Part shown: positions 41,541-53,862 of the stretch, one piece after another | Layout of the letters: every line of letters begins with the position of its first letter | Numbering within the stretch: the stretch's first letter is position 1 | NCBI RefSeq assembly: GCF_964213995.1 | Contig: NC_135821.1 | Coordinates: 52,514,001 to 52,578,000 of the forward strand | Length of the DNA: 64,000 bases | Source of the DNA: Mustelus asterias | Lineage: Eukaryota | Direction: 5' to 3' | Made by a program: the position numbers and the translations under genes | Notes under the pieces: model-generated | Database searches by the model: none | What the model saw: the letters and a program-made list of their open reading frames with translations, nothing else | What the model was told of the DNA's origin: nothing

Positions 41541-42533
41541 GTAAGAAGTTTAACAACACCAGGTTAAAGTCCAACAGGTTTATTTGGTAGCAAAAGCCAC
41601 ACAAGCTTTCGAGGCTCTGAGCCCCTTCTTCAGGTGAGTGGGAATTCTGTTCACAAACAGAACTTATAAAGACACAGACTCAATTTACATGAATAATGGT
41701 TGGAATGCGAATACTTACAACTAATCCAGTCTTTAAGAAACAAAACAATGGGAGTGGAGAGAGCATCAAGACAGGTTAAAAAGATGTGTATTGTCTCCAG
41801 ACAAGACAGCCAGTGAAACTCTGCAGGTCCACGCAACTGTGGGAGTTACAAATAGTGTGACATAAACCCAATATCCCGGTTGAGGCCGTCCGCGTGTGTG
41901 CGGAACTTGGCTATCAGTTTCTGCTCAGCGACTCTGCGCTGTCGTGTGTCGCGAAGGCCGCCTTGGAGAACGCTTACCCGAATATCAGAGGCCGAATGCC
42001 CGTGACTGCTGAAGTGCTCCCCAACAGGAAGAGAACAGTCTTGCCTGGTGATTGTCGAGCGGTGTTCATTCATCCGTTGTCGCAGTGTCTGCATAGTTTC
42101 CCCAATGTACCATGCCTCAGGACATCCTTTCTTGCAGCGTATCAGGTAGACAACGTTGGCCGAGTTGCAAGAGTATGTACCGTGTACCTGGTGGATGGTG
42201 TTCTCACGTGAGATGATGGCATCTGTGTCGATGATCCAGCACGTCTTGCAGAGGTTGCTGTGGCAGGGTTGTGTGGTGTCTTGGTCACTGTTCTCCTGAA
42301 GGCTGGGTAGTTTGCTGCGGACAATGGTCTGTTTGAGGTTGTGCGGTTGTTTGAAGGCAAGAAGTGGGGGTGTGGGGATGGCCTTGGCGAGATGTTCGTC
42401 TTCATCAATGACATGTTGAAGGCTCCGGAGGAGATGCCGTAGCTTCTCCGCTCCGGGGAAGTACTGGACAACGAAGGGTACTCTGTCCACCGTGTCCCGT
42501 TACCCCAGTCCAACGCCGGCATCTCCACATCAT
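41541..42533 (-). mobile_element. Truncated Penelope-like element with intact GIY-YIG segment and inverted terminus
   Basis: ORF 41846-42490 (NVVYLIRC..C...WYIGET...R..EH...GLN). TSD atgttgtcaaag on both sides. Inserted into a LINE remnant. Confidence 0.9.
41600..41636 (-). ncRNA. Minimal hammerhead ribozyme-like motif
   Basis: cac-CTGAAGA-A-GGGGCT cag AGCCTC-GAAA-GC-TT-gtg. Confidence 0.65.
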
Positions 42534-42980
42534 GTTGTCAAAGGCCATAGCCTTTGTGGCATCCAATGCCTTTAACCATTTCTTGATATCACTTAGAGTG
42601 AATAGAATTGGCTGAAGACTGGCATCTGTGATGCTGGGACCTCAGGAGGAGGCCATGATGGATCATCCACTCAGCACTTCAATCTGATGATTGTTGCAAA
42701 TGCTTATCTTTTGCAATAATATGCTGAACTCCCTCATCATTGAGGATGGGGATATTTATGGAGCTTCCTCCTCCAGTGAGTTGTTTGATTGTCCACCACC
42801 ATTCAGGACTGCAGACCTTAGATCTGATCCATTGTTTGTGGAATCACTTAGCTCTGTCTATCACTTGCTGTCTATGCTGTTTGACATGCAAGTAGTCCTG
42901 TGATGTAGTTTCACCAGTTTGACACCTCATTTTTAGATATGCCTGATGTTGCTCCTGGCATGCCCTCTGGCACTCTTCTT

Positions 42981-43260
42981 TGATGTGGAGATGCCGGCGT
43001 TGGACTGGGGTAAACACAGTAAGAAGTTTAACAACACCAGGTTAAAGTCCAACAGGTTTATTTGGTAGCAAAAGCCACAAGCTTTCGGAGCCTTAAGCCC
43101 CTTCTTCAGGTGAGTGCCACTCACTTCACCTGAAGAAGGGGCTTAAGGCTCCGAAAGCTTGTGTGGCTTTTGCTACCAAATAAACCTGTTGGACTTTAAC
43201 CTAGTGTTGTTAAACTTCTTACTGTGTTTACCCCAGTCCAACACCGGCATCTCCACCTCA
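42981..43260. mobile_element. Palindromic Penelope mini-element with two back-to-back hammerhead-like motifs
   Basis: Near-perfect ~133-bp inverted arms, each with CTGAAGA-A-GGGGC..GCTCC-GAAA-GCTT. Confidence 0.85.
43076..43163. ncRNA. Two divergent hammerhead-like motifs (43076-43112 minus, 43127-43163 plus)
   Basis: cac-CTGAAGA-A-GGGGC ttaag GCTCC-GAAA-GC-TT-gtg on each strand. Confidence 0.65.
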
Positions 43261-44771
43261 TTTTTTAACCCCTTACTTCTCTCTCTGAGAATTTCTCACT
43301 GGGTTTTTTCTCTCTATTAACTCTAGTTTTCTCTCCTCTGTCCTCTCCACAGGTTGCCGGATCGCAGCCTGTTTGACTGTCTCTCTCTTTGTCTCTCTCT
43401 GTCTCTCTCTCTCTCTGTCTCTGTCTCTCTCTCTCTCTCTCTCTCTTTGTCTGTCTGTCTGTCTCTCTCTCTCTGTTAACCCTTTGAGTCCTGCTCTAAG
43501 TCCATCTGGGACTCTCACTACTCTCCTGACCCCCTCCTCCTTGGGGACTTCTCGCTTTCTTTTTTATTTTCTAACACCCCTTAGCATAACCTCACCGTTG
43601 TGCCAACCTTTTATTTGAGTCTCGTCACCTGATGGTGCGGCTCCCCGTGGGCGCGGCTCTCTCTGGCTCTGGTCCTGGACTGATCCGGGGTCTTTTTCAC
43701 CCCGGTCCTCCATATTAGGTGCCAAAACTCCTCACGTCTTCTATGGCCCTCAGTAACACTGTGCCCTACAACCCCTCGCAAGACAACTTAGGGTCCTGAT
43801 GGCCTGACAGAGGCTCCTCTAACTAATTGGGGTGGTCAATATGAAAACATACTCACCCCCACTTAGGAGTCCTGTCCTGCCGCCTGAAGCCAGTGACATC
43901 ACCCGGCTCCGCAGCACTAAATTGTAGATGGGGGTTTCCTCTCGAGGCTATGTATTTGCTCAGACGTAAGCTAAATACAAAGATTCAAAATGCAGAATAC
44001 TGATGTTGAAGATGGGACTTTGTTTAACCAAAAGATCGAACGGGAGAATGATATGAGGAAGCCCTGCACTCAAGGTATAGAATGCGAACAGCCGGGTATC
44101 AGTCTGAAGAACAATGCCCCTGTGAAGGCAATTATAGATTCCCAAAATCATATTGCCCATACTTCCGGTGGGCATTATCCAGTAAACATTAACACAAATC
44201 AGTCAATAATCATCCTGTCGTTAACTCCAGCCAATAACAATACACATCATGACCTAATGGGATTTCATTTGTTATTAAATACGGACGTTTCCTCCCTTCC
44301 ATTGCCCAGGAATATGGGACGCTGGACAGTGAAATGATTCCCACTGAATTGACCCCATGTGATTCTCATCTGACCCTGAGAAATTCTTCATGTCTGCTCG
44401 CCACCTGCATTATCTCTCGGAGTTGTATGACCCTGTTCGTAAGGCTGGCATTGGTAGCCATCTTGTTCCCAACCACTGCTGATAACATTACTGCGTTCAG
44501 TGAATCTATTGATTCTTCCCTCTCCCTGTATTTTGTCACTGACTGAAGTTTCACAAAATGTAACCAAAAGCAAAACACATCCATCTTGTAAATTCAAAAT
44601 ACATGTTTTAAATGAGAAAGATTTGTTAATCATACAGAGCTGTCTTCTATGGCAACAGCCCTGGTTGTCTTATGTTCCCATAGTCCAAGATCATTCATGC
44701 TAAAGTTAGTATCATGTCAGTGTTCCTAAATTTATGGTTATATGTTTATTAGCCTAATTAGCCCCCCTACA
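43261..44771 (-). mobile_element. ERV-like 5' LTR (43923-44771) plus leader fragment
   Basis: Minus strand starts TGTAGGGGGG and ends CCCCCATCTACA, followed by a degenerate PBS-like attttagtgctgcggagccggg, a donor-like ggtgagt and a GA-rich tract. Confidence 0.5.
43370..43475. repeat. (CT)n/(CTGT)n microsatellite
   Basis: Directly visible. Confidence 0.9.
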
Positions 44772-46358
44772 TAAGGGACATACTTTGGAAGGAGGCATGA
44801 GGGACATTGGGGGCTGGGTGGAGGCATGGGAGAGACATAAGAAGGACCTTTTGAAGTTACTTTCAAAAGGTTCCCTCATGCAGACCATGGCTCATAACAC
44901 CTCTGAGGTGTTGTGAAACACACTTCTTTGAAAAGCTGACCGGACCCCATGAATATTGCAGAGGACTAAGACATGTCTATTCCCACGGTGGAGCCAGGCA
45001 GGCTGAGAATGCAGGGTGAGGGCTCATATACTAATCCAGCTTGCACGCTTAAAAAGCACCCATAAAAATCAGAAACTCCGGGAATGGGATTGCAAATCTC
45101 AGAATCTGGACACGCCACCATTTTCAAAGGTCTCCCAAGTGATTCCAACTGGGCAAAAATCTAGTCCGTTGACTCCTTGCTGAGGTGTCCTTCCAAAAGG
45201 CACTAACTGACCTTTGTTAGTTTACCCAAATGACCACTATTTATGTTTGAGGATTGACAATAAAGAACTCAACACCTTCAGGAGCAAAGAACTGGAAGTA
45301 AAGAAAGCTTTATGCTATAAGCCATTTCTCCCTCCTTCCTCTACCTCACCCCCAACTTGGTTAAATACTCTGTGGTCACTCACTGTTTAGATTCCCATAT
45401 GGTGAATTGTCACTTAGGCTTTGGTCTGTTGGCACGTGTGAAATTGTTCATTCCTTTTAGATGAGAGAACACAAAAAAAATGAAAGGATGTAAAAAGAAA
45501 GGATGTAAAGAATATTTGCAGTCCAGCTCCTGCTGCCGAAAGCAGAGCAATATAGATGTAGGAACCTCTGTCAATAGACAAGGAGATTATGACATTGAAT
45601 TTTGAGGTGGGAAAATTGGATAGCTTAATAGTTAATGTGTAGTTGTATCCTCTCCCTGAGTCTTACTCATTGTGTTGTGGCCATTTGCTGATTTCCAATC
45701 TGAGTGAATTTACAGAACACAAAAGTTTTTAATATATCTATAGCTTGATTGACAATAAGTAAAAAGCTACAAGAACAGAAAGAAAAACTGAATATAAACA
45801 TATAGTGAGGTTCACATGACATTACACACAAGGTCAATCTGCTACCTGTGACAATGCTGATGATAAACCAATTATGTTAGGATCTTCTGCCTAGCAATTT
45901 TTAACATCATTCAAGAAATTCTTAAAAAGGATTGGCAAGTTTTTTTCCCTTTTCTGTGTTTTATTATGGTTTGTTTTGTCTATATTAAATCTATAAAACC
46001 TGAAGAGATATTATAAACTCAGGAAGAACAGTTATTGTGATATGTTTTAAATAAAAAAATCAAGAATACAGAAATAAATCAAATTTCTTGAAATTGGAGC
46101 TATATGTTTGTGCTAACAGAGAAAGAGGATGGTCTGGCCTAAATAAACCCCTCCCCTTCAGTTGATTGAGCTCCCTGGGCATAGAAAATGTACAGCAATG
46201 ACCTAGAGGCTTCCAAGTCAGAAAATTATACCAATCAGCTTTTCTTAAAGAACTGCTGCTCACCCTTCAATTGGTCCTGGAAGTACTACAATTGGGTGAA
46301 GGTGGAGATGCAGCAGAATATTCATGTGTGGGATCCTATTCTGCCAGTCAGGCTCCAG

Positions 46359-47615
46359 TATTCTTCTTAAGTTTAAGGTCTTCCACTGCCTCCCTGAATT
46401 TTCCCCAATTCTGAACCACCACTGGGATTAGTACAGTGCACAAGTGCTCTTCAAATGTGAACCTCAACAGTGAGACAAACTTGTTCCCTGGCTGGTTTTT
46501 AGGCAACTCACTGAAGCAATAGACCTTGTTGCAGCTTTGCAAAAGGCCACTTTACATTGTGACATTATTCAAATAAAGTCCGGCTGCAAAATACTCTATG
46601 TTTCACACCACATTTCTTGAAACTGTCCAGACCTGCTTAAGAACTGGAGATAGCAAAGGCAGGTCTCCTCAAGCACACTCAAATTAATGTATCTTGGGTT
46701 GAATAATTGGTTCTCTGGTAAATTCCAATTTAGTACAAGATGCCTATGGCGCAAATGCAACTGCCTTTTACCCCTCTTCCTGAATTGCTTCCCCACTCAG
46801 ATAAAGATTGCTGCTGCCCTAATTGGCTTATGCTCATTGTGGCGGTTTGGATACATCATGTAGGATAAAAAGGTAATGGTGTTGTTGCTCCTGTAACCAC
46901 AGGCAGCCACACCAGTTGCCACTGGCTTCAGAGTGTTTTGTTTAATCATTATTTGAGCAGTAAGCATCACTGGAAAAGACCAGCATTTATTGTCCATCCT
47001 TCATCACCCTAAGAAGGTATTGGTCGGCCTTCTTCTTAACCAGTACAGTCTACACACTTTGTTAGTATTTTTTCAGTGAAGCAAAGGTACTAACGATAGA
47101 TTCCCTCTGTCATGCCCAGGTATAATTATAGTGATTTGTCAAGTTGGACCTGAAGGTATTACTGAGAGTGCACAAAGCCCATATTATTTTGGCTGAACTT
47201 TGTTCTGCGGCAGGAGTAATGGAGTCTTCCACAAATGTGGAAGGTAATACAGCACTCAAAACTGTCCAAAAAGCCATCACTCGCTATCTGTTGGCAATCT
47301 AATTTCAGGAACATGCATTAAGCAGGTCTGGACAGTTTCAAGAAGTGTGGTGTGAAACATAGAGAATTTTGCAGCTGGACTTCATTTGAATAATGTCACA
47401 ATGTAAAGTGACCTTTTGCAAAGCTGCAACAAGGCCTACTGCTTCAGTAAGTTGCCTAAAAACTGGCCAGGGAACAAATTTGTCTCACAGTTGAGGTTCA
47501 CATTTGAAGAGCGCTTGAGCGCTGTCCTAATGCCTATGGAACAATATCCCAGTGGTGGTTCAGAATTGGGGAAAATTCAGGGAGGCAGTGGAAGACCTTA
47601 AACTTAAGAAGAATA
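46359..47615. repeat. Long inverted repeat (arms 46359-46640 and 47318-47615)
   Basis: Mirrored ORFs 46348-46542 - and 47416-47601 +; arms align with scattered substitutions and one indel. Confidence 0.93.
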
Positions 47616-47759
47616 AGAAAATAAAATCTACCTATTACTTAGCTGGACTAGTTTGCTTACATAGCAGCTGTAATCCACTGTATGTGAAATGCTTTGGGGC
47701 ATTTCTGAGTAATGTGATGATGTGCTTTTAAATGTTTTTTGATTTTTATCTTTCTGTTA

Positions 47760-47765
47760 TTTATT
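47760..47765 (-). promoter_or_regulatory. Candidate poly(A) signal of the cGAS-like gene
   Basis: AATAAA on the minus strand ~240 nt after the stop codon. Confidence 0.4.
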
Positions 47766-48001
47766 CCTGCTCTACTTCTCTTTCTTTCCATGGTAAATAA
47801 TTAGAATATTGGACAAGAAAAGTAACCCATCATGAATCATCATCTTGAAGAAAGGAAAAATATGGGGAGAGAAGAAAAAGATTTACTGGAAGGCAATAGC
47901 ATTTAAAAAAATTAAAACACAGGTCTGATAGTCGGAGTGAATCCCATGCAGCATCATAATGTGAGTAGTTCATCAAAGCCAACACATCACTAACAAGGTA
48001 T

Positions 48002-48455
48002 TTAAAAGGTTTTGACAAAAAATACAAGGATTAATAAGATCATAGAAAATGCTGCTAGTTTAACTAATAGGTTCTGACTCTGAGGTACAAGTGCTTCCTG
48101 CTGGTGTTCCTCGGGAGGTGCAAATGCCGGAATTTGATTTGCTTTTTGCTCCTTTAGGATCTTCAACAGGAATTTTAAATTCTTTGGTGCAAAATGCGTG
48201 GAGTCAAATAAATTGCAGGTAGCCACGAAGAAGTGTTTTAGCTCTGCCTTTTCTACGTGTTCAATGAAATCATCTAGGAAATTGAGAAAGCATATGTCCA
48301 CCTTGGAGGCAGACCATTGGTCATCTTTGGGTCTTCGGACCATTGAATGGAAATAAGCAGTCTTTACACAATAGGAGTTGAGTTTAGATAGCTCCTTTGG
48401 GTACTGTTCTTTCAGGACATGAACAAGATACTTCATGAGTCTGAGACAGCTTTTC
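48002..48455 (-). CDS. cGAS-like, last exon (Mab-21 helical lobe plus hydrophobic C-terminal extension)
   Basis: ctccag|G KSCLRLMKYL...SYCVKTAYFH...W...CF...HFFVATCNLF...IPAF, then APPEEHQQEALVPQSQNLLVKLAAFSMILLILVFFVKTF*. The four exons join in frame (1056 nt). Confidence 0.93.
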
Positions 48456-49547
48456 CTGGAGGAAAGAAATAGGACAGACGAAAAATAATAAATTCAGCAC
48501 TTCCACATCTGTGGCACTTGTAGAAAAATACCGCACAATAGATAGAGAAAATAATGAAAATAAATTGGTAATCTAAAATGAAGCGTATTTAAAGTTAGCA
48601 AGTAAGGGCTGAGCATAACTTGGGAAACCTGACATTAAATATTACTTTACAATCTTTTATTTTTCTATATGCACCAGGAAAGCAAACCAAAAATAAAAGC
48701 ATGGGCCATATCATTGTCAAACATATCTTACATTGTTTTCTTTGTTACCGATAAATATGAAAAATAACTGGGGAATGCTAGTAAACTGCAATTAATTTTG
48801 ATGTTCAGCTATACAAGAAAAAGTTTGACCAGAGCATAGGAGTGCTCTAAAATATATGCAGCAATGATGGATCATTGGTTTGCATTACAATTACACAGAC
48901 ACGCACACACATACAGGTTACATTATAGATATAAAACGCAAGTCTTTTCTCAAATCATTTTTATTACACTGTACACCAAATATTGTTTCTGGTGCAACAG
49001 GAAAACAAAAATGGAAGAAAACGATTACATCAGTAGATGCTTATGACCTCTGCTCTTGCTTACGATAGCTTCAGATTCAATTGTCCCAATGCTTTCCTGG
49101 AAGGCTTCATATCTTCCACCCACTGCATACTGCAGCTCATCTCAAGTTCTGCTGCTGATACCCTAATTCGAACCACGTCCCATTAATCCATTACCCCTGT
49201 GCTTGCTGATCTATGCAATGTCCCAAATTTAAAATGTCCATTCTTATGTTGAAATCCCTGGTCCCTCCCCCCCCCCCCCCCCTCTCTGTACGCTGCTCCA
49301 CCCTACAATCCACCAAAAACTCTCTATTGCCCCTTAGTGTCCTAAGATGTGTAGGTTAGATGGATTAGCCATGGTAAATGTGTGGGGTAATGGGGATAGG
49401 TGGGGGAGAGGGCCTGGATGCAACCTTACCGTCAGAGAGAGTCGGTGCAGACTTAATGGGCTGAATGGCCTACTCCTACACTGTAGGGAGTCTATGATTC
49501 TATTCTCCAATTCTGGCTCTCTAGTATACCCTGACTCTCTTTATCCC

Positions 49548-49718
49548 AGTAAGAAGTTTAACAACACCAGGTTAAAGTCCAATAGGTTTATTTGGTAGCA
49601 AATGCCACTAGCTTTCGGAACAGGCTGTCCCTTCGTCAGGTGGAGTGGAGACTTTAACCTGGTGTTGTTAAACTTCTTACTGTGTTTACCCCAGTCCAAC
49701 GCCGGCATCTCCAGATCA
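49548..49718. mobile_element. Fold-back Penelope 3'-end mini-element in cGAS-like intron 4
   Basis: Same terminal sequence in both orientations; TSD tctctttatccca / tctctttattcca. Confidence 0.8.
49605..49643 (-). ncRNA. Minimal hammerhead ribozyme-like motif
   Basis: ccac-CTGACGA-A-GGGAC agcct GTTCC-GAAA-GC-TA-gtgg. Confidence 0.68.
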
Positions 49719-49854
49719 TCTCTTTATTCCATCATTGCAACTATGCTGTCTACATTCTAAACTCTGGAATTTCTTCCTTGAACATCTAAACCCCTCTCTC
49801 CTCCTTTAAGACTCCTCTTCAACCAGGCTTTTGGTCACCTGTCCTCATACGGGC

Positions 49855-51470
49855 TCCATGAGCAAAGCTAATACAATGTTATTGTTTATTGTAGGGGGAG
49901 CTGAATATAAGACCAGTGAGGTTATTCTTCAGTTTTGCAGGGCATTAGTGAGACCACATACAGGTTATCGTGTACATCATTGGTCTCCTTATTTAAGTAA
50001 AGATTTAAATCCATTGGAAGTAGTTCAGAAGGCTTATGAGATGAATACCTGGAATGTCTTATTCCAGGGTTGGTCGTATGAGGAAAAACTCAATAGGCTA
50101 GGCTTCTTTCCTTTGGAATTTAAATGAGTAAGAAATGACTTGATTGAAATATGTAACATCCTGAGGAGACTTGACAGGATGGATGTGGAAAGGATGTTTT
50201 CTCTTGTGAGAGAATCTAGAAGTAGGGGCCACTATTTAAAAATAATGGTGTCACCCATTTAAGTCAGTGATGAGGATTTTGTTTTTCTCTGAGGGTTCTG
50301 AGACTCTGGAATTCTCTTCCTCAAAAGGCAACGGGTGGGACCTTGAGCCCACTCTCACCGTCCGTGAGATTGCCAGCAGGAGCTCAAGATGCAACGAAAC
50401 CCGGAAGTCGCTGATCTCGCCGGCAAGATCACGACTTTCAATTGTCGCTGCCCTTTGCTGGCAATGGAATCAGCTTCACACTTATTGTGAACATGAACCT
50501 GATTTAAATACATTTTTATAGATTTACATTTCATTAACCTGCCCCCATGCCGTTTATTGAGCCCCCCACTGTATTTCCAAACCTCGCCGACGTGAGGTTT
50601 ACAACAGGTTCACCCAGATATGAACCTGTTGTGGGGACCCCCATGGGGGGCATAAAGGTGAGTATAGCCTCTGGGGGAGAGGGACATAGCCAGGCTGTGG
50701 CCTGCCAATGCCCCCGGGCACAGGATGACTCTGCCAAGTTGCCTGTCAGAGCCAACCTGTGCTGGGGGCAGTGCCAGGAGTGGACCCCGGTGGGAGCCTT
50801 ATGCGTTGGGAAGAGGAGGGGATGCCAGCATTGACTGTGAGTTGGGGGGATCCAATGTTCGACGGTGGTGGGGGGGGTGCTGGCACTGACTGTTGGGGGA
50901 GGGGGAGAGATATCGACTCCGATCAGGGGGGTGGGGAGGAGGTGCCAAGTCCGATCAGTGGGGTGGGGGATTGAATGCTGACTCCGATCATTGGGAGTGG
51001 GGGAGAAGTGCCGAGTCCAATCAGGGGTTTGGGGGGAAGCCCCCGAGGCATACTGGGGGGAGGACCATTCATGTTCTGATCAGGGTGCCCTTTAAACATG
51101 GCGCCCCAATCTCAGTGCAGCTGGGCCTGTCTGGTGTGTTTAGGTCCCGCCTCTTTACATGATGGCATTAAACTTGCCCACCTGTTTTTTCTGACAGGGT
51201 GTGCTAAGATCTGGAGAGAAAAACAACATGTTTCTCTGGGGGGAAAACACGCTGTTTTTCTTGCCAGAACCAGCACTCTACCAAATTCTGGTAAGACCAC
51301 CCCAGTGTTTAAATATCTTCAAGGCAGAAGTAGATAGATGTTTGATAAGCAAGGGAGTGAAGGGTTGGCAGGAATGTAGGATTGAGGTTACAGTCAGATC
51401 AGCCATGATCTTACTGAATCGCAGAGCAGGCTTGAGGGGCTGAGTGGCTCCTGCTTCATATGTTCGTACG
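49855..51470 (+). mobile_element. CR1 LINE 3' fragment interrupted by a ~1-kb GC-rich insertion (about 50332-51302, possibly a non-autonomous DNA element)
   Basis: ALVRPH..Y....WSPY...LE.VQ...SYEEKL. The LINE sequence resumes near 51305. The insert has imperfect termini gggtgggacctt / aagaccaccc. Confidence 0.6.
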
Positions 51471-51552
51471 TCAATTTTTGTTTGATAACAGTCCTAGGAC
51501 ATTCAACTATGTTAGAGCTGCTGTATAAATGTAGTTTGTTGCTGTTGTTCAC

Positions 51553-51652
51553 CTGCAGCAGCGAACTGCTCCCTTCTCACAGCAGTTCTTCATGGCACCA
51601 TGGTTCATCAATAAACTTTTTTCAACGTGAGAGAAGGAAATACGCCAGGTCT
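51553..51652 (-). CDS. cGAS-like, exon 4 (zinc thumb)
   Basis: ttgcag|[34 protein letters not shown]|gtgaa; H-x5-CC-x6-C zinc ribbon; 100 nt; missing from the ORF track. Confidence 0.93.
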
Positions 51653-51871
51653 CTGCAACAACACAACATTGATCAGGAAGAGAAAAGCATACAGGTTGTG
51701 ATTGAAATGTCTCTTAAAGATCCGATTTTGTGGGGATTTTCTTGTTTTATGCCTTAAGTTATGCACAGAAGTAAAACTGAATGAACGACACAAGCTACAC
51801 CTGATATTAGGTACTTTATAATATTTGAATGGTTCCAGTACTTTTATCTGAAGCATCGGCCATCAACATAC

Positions 51872-52144
51872 CTTTCAACTCTTCTGCCAATGCCCTCCTG
51901 CGTGGGTGCTTTGGCACAAAGTAAAATGGCTGATGTTTCAAATCCCCCTTTGTTTTTTTACTGAGCCACTCCTCAATATTCATGCCATCGTCGGTACAAT
52001 TTGGCCACTTCTGAAAAACCTCCAAACCAAGAACAATATCAATGGAAATATTCTGCTTTCTTTCACTGTTCCACAGGAGCAGGGTGACAGCAGGGCTTCC
52101 CTGGGTTTTCCTCTGTAATTTCACACTCCACTTCTTATGGCAAC
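51872..52144 (-). CDS. cGAS-like, exon 3
   Basis: GSPAVTLL...ISIDIVLGLE...WP...WLSKK...PFYFVPKH; D319-equivalent present; 273 nt, phase 1 to phase 1, ag/gt. Confidence 0.93.
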
Positions 52145-53862
52145 CTATTCAACCAGAGGTACACACAGAATAAGCGGATATGATGACAGAACCAGAGCAA
52201 ACTGTTCATTTTGATTAATTTTGCCCACTCTTTTCTTCCCCTTCTTTTCCTGACTCATCGCCCTCCAATGTTTTGCTAAAGGGACCATTCCCCTTACATG
52301 AACGAGGAATATCCTTGTCAACAACCAATTCTATCCTCACCTGATGTCTTAGTACATGATGTGGAGATGCCGGCATTGGACTGGGGTAGGCACAGTAAGA
52401 AGTCTCACAACACCAGGTTAAAGTCCAACAGGTTTATTTGGTAGCATGAACTTTTGGAGTGCTGCTCCTTCATCAGGTGAGTGGAGAGTTGGGTTCACAA
52501 ACAGGGCATATAGAGACACAGACTCAATTGCAAGATAATGTTTGGAATGCGAGTCTTAACAGGTAATCAAGTCATTACAGTTTTAGACAATGCAAGTGGA
52601 GAAAGGGTTAAGCACAGGTTAAAGAAGTATGAATTGTCTCAAGCTAGGAAAGATTTTGCAAGCCTAGGCAAGTCGTGGGGGTTACAGGTAGTGTGACATG
52701 AACCCAAGATCCAAGTTGAGGCCATCCTCATGTGTGCGGAACTTGGCTATCAGTTTCTGCTCGGCGGCAATTCTGCGTTGTCGTGTGTCTTGAAGGCCGC
52801 CTTGGAGAATGCTTACCCGAAGATCGGAGGCTGAATGTCCTCGACTGCTGAAGTGTTCCCCGACAGGAAGAGAACACTCCTGCCTGGTGATTGTCGAGGG
52901 TGTCCATTCATCCGTTGTCATAGCGTCTGCATGGTCTTACCAATGTACCATGCCTCGGGACATCCTTTCCTGCAGCATATCAAGTAGACAACGTTTGCCG
53001 AGTTGCAAAAGTATGTACCGTGTACCTGATGGATGGTGTTCGCACGTGAGACGATGGCATCCGTGTCGATGATCTGGCACATCTTGCGGAGGTTGCTGTG
53101 GCAGGGTTGTTTGGTGTTGTGGTCACTGTTCTCCTGAAGGCTGGGTAGTTTGCTGCGAACAATGGTCTGTTTGAGGTTGCGCGGTTGTTTGAAGGCAAGT
53201 AGTGGGGGTGTGGGGATGGCCTTGGCGAGATATTCATCTTCATCGATGACATGTTGAAGGCTCCGAAGAAGATGTCATAGCCTCTCAGCTCCAGGGAAGC
53301 ACTGGACAATGAAGGGTACTCTGTTCGCCGTGTCCCATGTTTGTCTTCTGAGGAGGTCGGTGCAGTTTTTCACTGTGGCGCATCGGAACTGTCGATCGAT
53401 GAGTCGAGCGTCATATCCTGTTCTTACAAGGGCATCTTTCAGCGTCTGTAGGTGTCTGTTGCGATCCTCCTCACTTGAGCAGATTCTGTGTATACGGAGG
53501 GCTTGTCCATAAGGGATGGCTTCTTTAATGTGTTTAGGATGGAAACTGGAGAAGTACCACTGCAAGAAAGTCCATTGTCAACTTGTCAAACTATACCCTT
53601 CAACCAGATGAAATTGAAGTTCTCAGCTGAGGGCTCAATTTCTGCCCCACCACCAAAATGGATCCCATCAGTCTTGTGGCGGACACAGAGGAATTCATCA
53701 GGCGAATGAAGCTCCGGGTGTTCTTCCGCAAACCCCAAGAGGCCAACAGCGGACCCAATGAGACAGCCAATGAACTGGAACAGCCGACAGATCCGCGGTG
53801 CATAACCAAAGAAGAAAGAGTGGAATTGGACCCCTCCAGAAGGCCGCTGCCCTCGACTCAAC

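Noticed and set aside
43990-44584. ORFs 43990-44337 and 44366-44584 as genes
   Set aside because: No recognisable homology and they fall inside the putative LTR.
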